Positions 1 through 8,501 of a stretch of 35,010 nt of DNA are shown here, piece by piece (position 1 is the first letter of the stretch; every line of letters begins with the position of its first letter). The stretch is taken from positions 1 to 35,010 of the forward strand of contig JAADFO010000051.1 of NCBI GenBank assembly GCA_013152815.1, in the 5' to 3' direction. The notes under the pieces were generated by a model. That model did not search any database and had not been told where the DNA came from. It saw nothing but the letters and a program-made list of their open reading frames with translations. The translations under genes and the position numbers were made by a program. The DNA comes from Nanobdellati archaeon (GTDB lineage: Archaea > Nanobdellota > Nanobdellia > Woesearchaeales > JAADFO01).

Positions 1-1
1 G

Positions 2-82
2 AACCACCTCTCCAACATGGAGACCTTTGTGAAGCAGCTCTGGGGCTACGCCGAGGAGGATGAGGGTCTTCTGGCTGCTTAG
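2..82 (+). CDS. 3' end of a gene truncated by the window edge (…NHLSNMETFVKQLWGYAEEDEGLLAA*)
   Basis: Open frame from 2 to TAG at 80-82 with host-like codon usage. Confidence 0.6.
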   Translation, partial: NHLSNMETFVKQLWGYAEEDEGLLAA

Positions 83-83
83 A

Positions 84-99
84 CGAAACCTTTATATAT
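84..99 (+). promoter_or_regulatory. Archaeal BRE + TATA promoter
   Basis: CGAAACC-TTTATATAT upstream of the 168 ORF; GAGGTG SD just before the ATG. Confidence 0.7.
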
Positions 100-167
100 C
101 TTAAAAATGCTGATGTCCCTGTACGGTTACTTACAGAAATCAGAAATAAAAAAGAGGTGTCCCTAAA

Positions 168-563
168 ATGATGCATCCTCGTGATTGGATCAGCTTCCTT
201 ATCGGTTCGATACTTGCAGGACTCGGCCTGTTCCCCCTGCTCAACAGCTTCAACGTCGGACCCGCATGGTTCGCCCTGGACAATGTGGTGCCGTTCACCA
301 TCTTCGCCTATATCGCTGCGGGCATGGGCCTTTACCTGCTCATGAACTCGTTCATCGAGATCACCAACTCCAACAAGGTAGGATGGATAAGCTTCCTCAT
401 CGCTCTTGCAGTATTGGCCATCGGCCTGCTCAAGCTCCTGGCAGACTTCAACTTCGTCGGCGCGTGGGCAGACTTCCCCTGGCTCTCGGAGACCGTCTAC
501 TACATCATCTTCACCCTGGAGGGATTGTTCCTGATGGTCGCAGGGTTCGCCATGGAACTGTAG
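168..563 (+). CDS. Small 4-TM membrane protein, hypothetical
   Basis: 131 aa, four hydrophobic segments, SD GAGGTG. Confidence 0.85.
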   Translation: MMHPRDWISFLIGSILAGLGLFPLLNSFNVGPAWFALDNVVPFTIFAYIAAGMGLYLLMNSFIEITNSNKVGWISFLIALAVLAIGLLKLLADFNFVGAWADFPWLSETVYYIIFTLEGLFLMVAGFAMEL

Positions 564-570
564 GGGGAAA

Positions 571-1524
571 ATGTCCTTTTTCGGCCGTCACTACCGTCGC
601 AACAAAGCGTTGACCACGGTCCTGCTCTCTTCTACGCTCAACGCTCTGGTCCATCTCAGAAAAGGGTTCAAGGAATTGGACCTTCTCGAGAAGGATATCA
701 GGAAAGCGAGACCAAGAAGCGAGCGACAGACCGAACTCCTCAGGGAATACATCGTCAGGACACATACGGGCCTGCATCTCTGCGCACACATCCACGACAA
801 CCTCAACACCCTGCTGGTCAGGGAAGACAGGAGCATCACCCACGCCTACAAGGATGTCATCAAGGACCTGGAGCTTGATGAGAGGGAACGTGACGACCAG
901 ATAGACCTGCTCAGGGACCAGCTCACCGGACTGAAGGAACGGCAGGAAGAGCGGCAGGTAGAGAAAAGGATCGACAGGGAGGAACGCCTCGAGAAGGAAG
1001 AGCAGGAGCAGGTGGACCGGCTCTGTGCCTATGAGCAACGGCTCCGCAGGAAGTTCCAGAAGGTCGAGCATGATGAGGAGCTCGCGGCGAAATACCGGCT
1101 CAGGGGAGGGTTCAACAAAGAACTGTTCAAGGAGTTCGACCTCAGGAAGGCAAAGCGCATCGCCCAGGTCATGATCTACCGGGACATCAAGCTGGACGGC
1201 CTGGAGGAAGAGGTTGTCGTGGACGAACGGAACCTCACCAAGAGGCATGTGAAGCTTGCGAAGAAGCTTGAGAAAGAGATCGAGAAGCTCCTCAAGGTCA
1301 TCGGCTACGAGAGCCTGAAGAACGGCGTCCTCATGCTGCGGCTCAAGCAGCGCCTGGAGAAGATGGTACCCATCGTCGGGGAGTATCCTGACTGCAAGTT
1401 CAAGAGACAGTTCCTCAGATACCACCAGTACGCGCAGAAGGCCCTGAAAGAGGTCATGGTGCAGGACAAGCGCCTGAACATGGATAGGGGTCATGCAGGC
1501 AAAAGAGGGAAGCATAGGACGTGA
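571..1524 (+). CDS. Hypothetical charged coiled-coil protein
   Basis: 317 aa, E/K/R-rich helical sequence, 7 bp after the previous gene. Confidence 0.8.
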   Translation: MSFFGRHYRRNKALTTVLLSSTLNALVHLRKGFKELDLLEKDIRKARPRSERQTELLREYIVRTHTGLHLCAHIHDNLNTLLVREDRSITHAYKDVIKDLELDERERDDQIDLLRDQLTGLKERQEERQVEKRIDREERLEKEEQEQVDRLCAYEQRLRRKFQKVEHDEELAAKYRLRGGFNKELFKEFDLRKAKRIAQVMIYRDIKLDGLEEEVVVDERNLTKRHVKLAKKLEKEIEKLLKVIGYESLKNGVLMLRLKQRLEKMVPIVGEYPDCKFKRQFLRYHQYAQKALKEVMVQDKRLNMDRGHAGKRGKHRT

Positions 1525-1574
1525 CATCATCGGTCTGCGAAGGAAGAAAGAAGCGAGCGATAGGGGGATGAAGC

Positions 1575-2171
1575 ATGGCATGGTCAATCCACATGTGGTC
1601 GGCGTTCAAGGACATCGCCAGGAGTCCCTTCATCCTCGGGAATGCCCTGTGGCTCCTCATACCGGTCATCATCCTCTGGATCATCTATGAGATCTACTTC
1701 GACCTCCACAAGAAAGAACCGCTGGGATGGAACTCAGCCCTGGGAAATGGAGTCTCGATGTTCTGGATAGGCATCAACCTCATGACCTTTCTCTTCAACA
1801 AGCATGCGCAGCAGTTCACCTGGGAACGCTTCACCGCTGTCTCGGTCATCATCACCTATTCGCTCTTCATCATCTACATCTCGTTCTTCCACAAGATGGG
1901 CGCGAAGAAGGTGTTCCTCCTGGCATCTCCCACGCCGATCTATTTCATATCGTTCGTGACCATCGTCTGGGCCTACGGCTCCCTTACCATGACCTGGTGG
2001 GTCTTTCTCGACCTGCTCATCCTGTTCCCTCTTATCATAGGATTGGAGATGCTCTTCCGGAAGTATGCTCCCAGCAAGGATGATGCAGACGAGGGCACAG
2101 GAACCCCTGAACTGAGCAGCCTGCCCCAGAACAGCGGACAGGCAAGCCTTCCGGAGGAGTTCAAGTTTTAG
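1575..2171 (+). CDS. Hypothetical multi-pass membrane protein
   Basis: 198 aa, about 5 TM segments, acidic C-terminal tail, GGGGG SD. Confidence 0.8.
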   Translation: MAWSIHMWSAFKDIARSPFILGNALWLLIPVIILWIIYEIYFDLHKKEPLGWNSALGNGVSMFWIGINLMTFLFNKHAQQFTWERFTAVSVIITYSLFIIYISFFHKMGAKKVFLLASPTPIYFISFVTIVWAYGSLTMTWWVFLDLLILFPLIIGLEMLFRKYAPSKDDADEGTGTPELSSLPQNSGQASLPEEFKF

Positions 2172-2199
2172 CCATCGAGCAAGCATTGAGGTGAACCCC

Positions 2200-2910
2200 A
2201 TGGAAATCAAACTGAAGAAAAGACCAAAGAACCCCATCATCATCGAAGGATTCCCTGGCTTCGGCCTTGTGGGGACCATATCGACCGAATTTCTCATAGA
2301 CCATCTGAAGACCGAGCAGATAGGATGGGTCTGGTTCAAGGAACTGCCTGCCATGGTGGCCATCCATGAGGAGAAGCTGGTGGAACCCATCGGGATATTC
2401 TATTCGAAGAAGTTCAACATCGTGCTGTTCCATGTGGTGACGGTCTCCCCGGGGATAGAATGGAAGATCTCAGAGGCCATCCTCACGGTGGGGAAGACAC
2501 TCGGAGCGAAGGAGATCGTCTCCATAGAGGGCGTCGGCCTGGTGGACCAGAACAAGAAGGACCCTGAGACCTATTTCTACAGCGAGGAGAGGAAGACCCG
2601 GGAGAAGCTCAAGGGAATGGGCATGAACCCCCTCAAGGAAGGCATCATCATCGGACCCACAAGTGCTGTGCTGCTACGGAGCAGCATCAAGACGACGGCC
2701 TTCTTCGCCGAGACCAGGTCGAACCTTCCGGACAGCAATGCGGCAGCCAAGATCATCCAGGACCTGGACAAATACCTCGATCTGAAGGTGGACTACCATC
2801 CGCTTCTTGAACAGGCGACCGAGTTCGAGCAGAAGCTCAAGGGTATCCTGCAGCAGTCTAAGAACGCTGCAGAGCTCGCCGAGAGGAAGAAGCTCAGCTA
2901 TGTGGGATAG
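2200..2910 (+). CDS. PAC2 family proteasome assembly chaperone-like protein
   Basis: IIEGFPGFGLVGTI N-terminal motif, GIIIG, PDSNAAA, DLKVDYHPLLEQA; start moved to ATG 2200 behind SD GAGGTGA. Confidence 0.9.
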   Translation: MEIKLKKRPKNPIIIEGFPGFGLVGTISTEFLIDHLKTEQIGWVWFKELPAMVAIHEEKLVEPIGIFYSKKFNIVLFHVVTVSPGIEWKISEAILTVGKTLGAKEIVSIEGVGLVDQNKKDPETYFYSEERKTREKLKGMGMNPLKEGIIIGPTSAVLLRSSIKTTAFFAETRSNLPDSNAAAKIIQDLDKYLDLKVDYHPLLEQATEFEQKLKGILQQSKNAAELAERKKLSYVG

Positions 2911-2964
2911 AAAAGCATAAATATAACCATAAATATCATTATATTAATCCATATAGTGGTTATT

Positions 2965-3558
2965 ATGGGATTGAGAAATTTTATCACGACAAAGGATGTT
3001 GTCCGCAGGATATTCGGAAAGAAAGAGATAGACATCATGAGAAGACAGCTGGAAGGCCTCCCCCTTTCTCAATCAGAGCAGAACCGGATAAGCAGAGACA
3101 TAAAACCAAAATTGAGGGCCATCAAAGGATTGAGTGCATTCTCTGACGAGTTCGGGCTTGGGAAGGACCAGGACAACAGGCGTCTCATCAAGAGGGCTGT
3201 GGAAGAGATCCTTAGGGATGAATTGCAGGGACGCATACAGGCAATCCTGCTCTTCGGGTCATTCGCAGATAAGAGCCGCACAAGAAGGTCGGACATCGAC
3301 ATCTGCGTCGTCTTCAAGAAAGCGCTCTCGCTCGCTGAGATGACAAAGTTCAGGATACGGATGGGCGGAAAGCTGCCAGAAAAGATCGATGTCCAGGTGT
3401 TCCGAGCATTGCCTCAGAGGATCAGGAGGAGCATAGCGAGAAACCACAGGGTCCTTTATAAAGACAACAGCTTCTCTAACCTTGATTTCACGAACCGTCA
3501 CCTGAAGGATGAGGATTATTTCATACGGATCAGAAACATCTTCGGAGCGGAAACATGA
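2965..3558 (+). CDS. mntA: MNT nucleotidyltransferase antitoxin (MntA-like) with an extra N-terminal helical domain
   Basis: LFGSFADKSRTRRSDIDI = GSx10DxD motif; ATGA overlap with the downstream HEPN gene. Confidence 0.85.
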   Translation: MGLRNFITTKDVVRRIFGKKEIDIMRRQLEGLPLSQSEQNRISRDIKPKLRAIKGLSAFSDEFGLGKDQDNRRLIKRAVEEILRDELQGRIQAILLFGSFADKSRTRRSDIDICVVFKKALSLAEMTKFRIRMGGKLPEKIDVQVFRALPQRIRRSIARNHRVLYKDNSFSNLDFTNRHLKDEDYFIRIRNIFGAET

Positions 3559-3965
3559 CGCGGATCAAAGAGAAGTTACAGCAGATCAGGGAGTTTCTGG
3601 CGCAGTTCAGGGGCATACGACCAAAGAGTCTCGAAGAGTATTCCACAAATATCGAGAAGAAGGCAGCCTGTGAACGATTTGTCGAGAAGATCGTCGAGGG
3701 GACCGTCGACGTCGCCTTCCTCGTGATAAAAAGGAAGCGATTCGAGATACCTGAAGATGACATCGACGCGTTCACCATCCTCCTCGACAATCACATCATC
3801 GATAGGACGCTCGCACAAAGGCTCAAACAGGCCAAGGGCATGAGGAACATCATCGTCCACGAATACGGCAAGATTGATGACAGCATCATCTTCCGATCGA
3901 TAACAGATGAGCTTGAGAAGGATGTCAGGTCATTCTTAAAGAGGATTGAACAGCTCGGACTCTGA
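3555..3965 (+). CDS. hepT: HEPN (DUF86) RNase toxin, HepT-like
   Basis: RNIIVHEY = Rx4HxY motif; 136 aa; coupled to the MNT gene. Confidence 0.9.
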   Translation: MTRIKEKLQQIREFLAQFRGIRPKSLEEYSTNIEKKAACERFVEKIVEGTVDVAFLVIKRKRFEIPEDDIDAFTILLDNHIIDRTLAQRLKQAKGMRNIIVHEYGKIDDSIIFRSITDELEKDVRSFLKRIEQLGL

Positions 3966-4492
3966 ACAGGAAGAAGCAATCATCCATGGATTGTCTGAGA
4001 TGCGGGGACTACGCTGTCACATGGCCCAAGCCTCACTTTTTGCTGTATTTCCCTGCGTGGCATGCGTGGACATCGATCCTTTGCTGTTTTTCTCTTCTTC
4101 AACACTCTGGTCTTCTCCAGTATCCTGGTCCAGACTTTTCCATCCTGGCAGGTTCTGGCCGCATTTCAGGCTGAAATGCGGGCGTTTCCTGCTTCCCGCA
4201 GGTTTTGGTTGCCAGGAACCGAAATGCACCCATTCAAACCCTACAAAACAACTGCAACTCTCACTTTTGCTGCACCATTGTCGCTGTTTTCGTTTATTTT
4301 CTATATAGTAAGTTATTAATATAGCTATCTTGTCCATCTATCGTCTCCAAAATAAACATTCGAATATCAATATGTTATCATATATCACCGGCACCATAAT
4401 ATCGTCAATAAGATACTATTATTGCCAGAATCTTCTATTATATACTACAACAACGAAATATTAATATAGTTCGTCTCCTAAAGGTAGTTAAA

Positions 4493-4687
4493 ATGATAAC
4501 CACACCATTCCAGAAAAAGGTGAAGGAATCCTTCCGACTGGCCCGCCAGGATGTTTCCTCACTGAGGCAGAACACCGACGAATGGGTACGTTTCCTCGAC
4601 GGTGAGCGAAGGCAGATGGAAGCCCAGATCAGGGCATTGCAGCGACGTCTGGAAGACCGGGAAGCCGACCGGATACCTGTCCGGTGA
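4493..4687 (+). CDS. Small coiled-coil hypothetical protein (64 aa)
   Basis: Preceded by BRE/TATA CGAAATATTAATATA (4454-4468); amphipathic helical sequence. Confidence 0.7.
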   Translation: MITTPFQKKVKESFRLARQDVSSLRQNTDEWVRFLDGERRQMEAQIRALQRRLEDREADRIPVR

Positions 4688-4710
4688 GGACTGCCAGAGA
4701 GGAGAAGAGC

Positions 4711-4830
4711 ATGTCACTTCTTATCAACAACATGGGACCCCTTCTGCGGACAGCTGAACTTCTCCTGCAGAGCAAACTGGCCAGTTTCAGCAATCGCGAT
4801 CCTATGAGGCGCCACCATGAGACTGCTTGA
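4711..4830 (+). CDS. Possible 39-aa peptide (MSLLINNMGPLLRTAELLLQSKLASFSNRDPMRRHHETA)
   Basis: GAGGAG SD upstream; fills the gap between two + strand genes. Confidence 0.3.
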   Translation: MSLLINNMGPLLRTAELLLQSKLASFSNRDPMRRHHETA

Positions 4831-5314
4831 CCTCAAGAAGGTCTACCAGGAGGCTGCGAACGCCAGCGATCTCTTCTCTGCAGAGCCCAGGACCACCAAC
4901 GAAAAGACGAATATCATCTCTAACACCAACGAGGATTACAGCGACGAGATCATCGACCTTGTCCTCGACAGCATCTATGCGATACAGGATGCTGAGATCA
5001 ACAGGAACATAGTCGCAGAGAGCTATACTCCCCGCAGCATGAGAGCGAACTATCTTTCTGACTATAAGGAGATATACGAACTGCTTGAGGACCAGACGGC
5101 AAATGTCCAGGACATCAGAGATATCGCGCACCAGGTCAGGGGATTGGCTGACCAGGCCAGATCTGACGGAGATGTCCTCGACCAGCTCAAGATGGACAGC
5201 TATGCTGAATATCTTGAAAGGAAAGCAGACGAATACGCCACGCTCTTCAGCGAGGTCTTCAACCTGCAGGAAAACGGATTCCGACCCCGCCTTGGAAGAT
5301 ACATCCAGAATTAG
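4817..5314 (+). CDS. Hypothetical acidic helical protein
   Basis: 165 aa ORF, GAGG SD, host-like codon usage. Confidence 0.75.
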   Translation: MRLLDLKKVYQEAANASDLFSAEPRTTNEKTNIISNTNEDYSDEIIDLVLDSIYAIQDAEINRNIVAESYTPRSMRANYLSDYKEIYELLEDQTANVQDIRDIAHQVRGLADQARSDGDVLDQLKMDSYAEYLERKADEYATLFSEVFNLQENGFRPRLGRYIQN

Positions 5315-5743
5315 CCTTCTCACACAGGGACGTCTCATGTGTCGGTATTTTACCTTACTTCTTCCTCAAAACCCCCTTTCTCATGCACTTCCACCACATC
5401 TGCATCGATGAACCATGGGTTCACGGCAAGACCCCCTCAAACCAATATGTCGGGATGATGCACGACTGGGATGGTAGAATCCCGACCTGTAAAGCATAAT
5501 GCCAGAAAATGCCGAGAAAAGGCCATGGCACGGATTCGGCATCATACCGAATCTTCCCCAAACCTCAAAAAGATGGCAAGGTCCCCCCTGGCCGAACACA
5601 CCCCCGAACCATAGATGCCGGGATCCTGGCTCTGAGGAGTTCTGACAGCAACTTTTAAGCATTCCCCGCTGCTTTATCGACAGCTGTCGGCATAATCCAA
5701 AGATTTATATAGACACCTGACCTAAAGAGAGACAGGTGATAGC

Positions 5744-6235
5744 ATGAAGAACATCATACTCAACGATGTGGAGCCAGGCATCAATCCAGATTCTGAAGAG
5801 CTCTCACGCATCATCATCGAGCGCATAGGCCTGATGCCCAAGAAGAAGGGCTCGACCGAGAAGATGAACCAGGTGTTGCTGCAGCTCTACGAGAAGAGCA
5901 AGGCAGCCAACCGGGAGAAGAACCCCACCCTGGCCATCATGACCGTCGAGGAGATGGCCCTCTACGCAGGCATCACACGGCAGACCATGTACGACTACCT
6001 CAAGAGATGGCTGACCCTCAACATCATCATCAAGAACAGCTTCATCGACAGGAACAACAAGGTGGTCATAGGCTACCGTCTCAACGGCGCGACCCTTGAA
6101 AATGCGTTCGAGAAATGCCAGGTACGGGTGAAGAACAACCTGGAGCAGACCAGGAAGTTCATCGTCGAGCTGCAGCGCATCGTGAAGAACGAGAAGATCA
6201 AGCAAAGCGCAGTCAGCGAGCATATCCCGGACTGA
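5744..6235 (+). CDS. Winged-helix DNA-binding protein
   Basis: MTVEEMALYAGITRQTMYDYLKRW HTH followed by a wing (…VIGYRL); promoter CAAAGATTTATATA 5698-5711; SD AGGTGAT. Confidence 0.8.
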   Translation: MKNIILNDVEPGINPDSEELSRIIIERIGLMPKKKGSTEKMNQVLLQLYEKSKAANREKNPTLAIMTVEEMALYAGITRQTMYDYLKRWLTLNIIIKNSFIDRNNKVVIGYRLNGATLENAFEKCQVRVKNNLEQTRKFIVELQRIVKNEKIKQSAVSEHIPD

Positions 6236-6243
6236 GCTAGGCA

Positions 6244-6279
6244 CCTCTTTCTGTTTTTCTCTTCGACCTTTTTCTCTCC
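6244..6279 (+). terminator. Oligo-T/pyrimidine archaeal terminator
   Basis: CTCTTTCTGTTTTTCTCTTCGACCTTTTTCTCTCC right after the stop codon. Confidence 0.5.
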
Positions 6280-6785
6280 AGCACCATAAGCAGAAGATAG
6301 GCGTTTTGATAGAATCTTTTTGTCATCTTTAGGGAGTTTTCCACCATATCAGGAGAATACATTGAAAATCTATTAAAAATGTCGGCATCATCACCAAACG
6401 ACATTATCCAGAAATCATTATGGTTTGATTACATAATTAACATGTAATACAAGAAGTTATTGAGAAAAAGATAAGACAGACATCATCCCGAACGAAATCG
6501 GCAGAGTGACAGAATTAATAACAGGGACCAGGGGAAAAGTGAGGATTGAAACAGATACACGCACAGGAAAGCAAGGGATGAGGGAAAGCCAGAGGAGGGC
6601 AGGGGACAGAGACGGCCATCTGCAGGCAGAGAACAGAGAAGGATCGAGAGCGGAAAAGGAAAGGAGAACACAAAATCTGCAGAATAACCAAATAACCAGA
6701 ATCTAATGGCGTCTGAGCCAGATCAGGGAGACCTTGGCGCTCAAAGTGAGACTTCTTGCGCTTGAGAGCACCAGCTGCAGGAGGA

Positions 6786-7331
6786 TCATCCCAGCGCCCT
6801 CCCCATGACCTCGTTGATCTCCAGGACGTTCTCCTTGGCCTGGAGACGCCGGAAGGCCTCCTCAAGCGAAAGATAGATGGCAGAACCGTAGAAATTGCGC
6901 TTCACCGGCACCCCTTTCTTCTGGAGGTTCTGGATATAGTTGAGGACGCCCTGTGCGTCGAGGCCTGTCCGTTTCATGATGTCCTGGATATGGACCGGGC
7001 CTTTTTCGGTGAGATAATAGAGCAGAAGTGAGAGTTCCTTCTCGTTCTGGGTCAGGCTCTGGACAGCATATTCCTGCTTCTTGAAGCGTGTCCCCATGTT
7101 CAGGAGCAGGGAGACCTCATCTATGCGCTCGGCCAGCTTCTCCATCTTCTGGTCAGTGCCGAGCAGGTTCTCATAGGAAGACTGGATCTCATTGGTGTTC
7201 TCATTGATGGAAAGAAGATGGTCATCGAAAGCAGCATTGATCTGGGCAAGAGACTCTGCAAAGCGCTTCTCGAGCTCGTCCAGGCGCCTCGCAGTGGAAC
7301 TCCTGAAGATCCGACTCATGAATGGAAACAT
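6786..7331 (-). CDS. Coiled-coil protein with C-terminal HTH
   Basis: N-terminal coiled coil (DDHLLSINENTNEIQ), C-terminal IQDIMKRTGLDAQGVLNYIQNLQKKGVPV HTH; GGGGGTG SD. Confidence 0.8.
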   Translation of the reverse strand: MFPFMSRIFRSSTARRLDELEKRFAESLAQINAAFDDHLLSINENTNEIQSSYENLLGTDQKMEKLAERIDEVSLLLNMGTRFKKQEYAVQSLTQNEKELSLLLYYLTEKGPVHIQDIMKRTGLDAQGVLNYIQNLQKKGVPVKRNFYGSAIYLSLEEAFRRLQAKENVLEINEVMGRALG

Positions 7332-7527
7332 TGACTTTCACACCCCCCGATGTTTATCGCTTCCTTCGGTTCCCTGCCTGACCCTGAAAGGCCTTTGCTG
7401 CAGGAGGGTGGAACAGTGCCGTGACACAGCCGAAGCTAGCTCAACAATGGTCGTCAAGCACGCGTAATTCCCCCCTTATGCACAGACGCTTTACGAAAAA
7501 AGCGGAATCTTAGTCATGGAAGAGCTT

Positions 7528-7543
7528 GTATATATAATTTTCG
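7528..7543 (-). promoter_or_regulatory. BRE + TATA for the 7331 gene, implying a 5' leader of about 170 nt
   Basis: Minus strand reads CGAAAATTATATATAC. Confidence 0.6.
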
Positions 7544-7661
7544 AAGATGGAACATATCGTTCACATCGATGGAACCGTAAGATATATTACTTACAGGAGC
7601 GGGCCTTCTGACCGATGGACATGACAGCCAGGGAAAGCAGAAGAGAGGGATCTCACCGACG

Positions 7662-8285
7662 ATGGGCATGAGCAGGTCAAGCATCGCCATCGCGCTCTCG
7701 AAACTGAAGGTATTCGAGAATCCGCAGACCAGGGAAGAGCAGTATCCGACCGATTCTGAAGTAGCAGCAGACATGCTCTGGAACGCTGCCATGATAGACG
7801 GCATGGAAGGGAAATGCATCGCAGACCTGGGATGCGGGACCGGCATCCTGGGCATAGGCGCGCTGCTCCTTGGAGCAGCAGAAGTCGTCTTTGTGGACCG
7901 TTCGCCAGAAGCCCTGAAAGTGCTCAGAACAAATCTTTCAGGCCTCAGGAAGAACCTTCCGAAAGAGGGGCACACCATCGTCCAGAGCGATGTGGAGCGC
8001 TACGAGGGAGCGGCAGACCTGGTCATCATGAACCCGCCCTTCGGGACCAGGGAGAAGCATGCCGACCGTCGTTTCCTGGAGAAGGCCTTCGACATCAGCC
8101 CTGTCGTGTACAGCATCCACAAGAAGACGACCATCGCCTATCTGGAGCGCTACGCCAGGGCCAGAGGATTCCTTCTGACCCATCGCTGGGACCATGAGCT
8201 TCCCATCAAAGCAACGATGCCTTTCCACCTGAAGAAGAGAAAGCGCATCCAGGTCAGCGTCCTGCGGTTCACAGCAGAGCGATGA
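7662..8285 (+). CDS. METTL5-family N6-adenine RNA methyltransferase
   Basis: EQYPTD, DLGCGTGILG SAM-binding motif, NPPFG catalytic motif, VYSIHK. Confidence 0.92.
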   Translation: MGMSRSSIAIALSKLKVFENPQTREEQYPTDSEVAADMLWNAAMIDGMEGKCIADLGCGTGILGIGALLLGAAEVVFVDRSPEALKVLRTNLSGLRKNLPKEGHTIVQSDVERYEGAADLVIMNPPFGTREKHADRRFLEKAFDISPVVYSIHKKTTIAYLERYARARGFLLTHRWDHELPIKATMPFHLKKRKRIQVSVLRFTAER

Positions 8286-8312
8286 GCAGACAGCAGGAAC
8301 CAGAGACCAACG

Positions 8313-8456
8313 GGCTAAGTCAAGTTTGCGGTGATGGGACTGCTACAAGGCACCCCGTAGGGGGCGACCCCCGCCTTGTCATCGTCGGTCAGGTTTGCAT
8401 CTGCAAACGCTGATCCTGATGACGGATGACGCAGTCCCGCTTAACCTGACTTAGCC
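8313..8456. mobile_element. Non-autonomous MITE, 144 bp, 14-bp TIRs, 9-bp target-site duplication
   Basis: TIRs GGCTAAGTCAAGTT / AACCTGACTTAGCC (13/14 match); AGACCAACG directly repeated at 8304-8312 and 8457-8465. Confidence 0.85.
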
Positions 8457-8463
8457 AGACCAA

Positions 8464-8479
8464 CGAAACCTTTTTAAAT
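8464..8479 (+). promoter_or_regulatory. BRE + TATA of rpoL
   Basis: CGAAACCTTTTTAAAT about 23 bp before ATG 8502 (leaderless-type spacing). Confidence 0.7.
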
Positions 8480-8501
8480 CGCCCAGAACCCCCAGCAGCC
8501 C

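Noticed and set aside
3946..4337. Several overlapping 60-120-aa ORFs in the gap after hepT
   Set aside because: No SD, atypical composition, no recognisable motifs; treated as non-coding
6483..6865. Short ORFs in the purine-rich stretch between the convergent HTH genes
   Set aside because: Low-complexity translations that follow the strand purine bias; no expression signals
8313..8456. SRP RNA or RNase P RNA
   Set aside because: Lacks the SRP helix-8 motif and RNase P conserved regions; TIRs plus a 9-bp TSD explain it as a MITE
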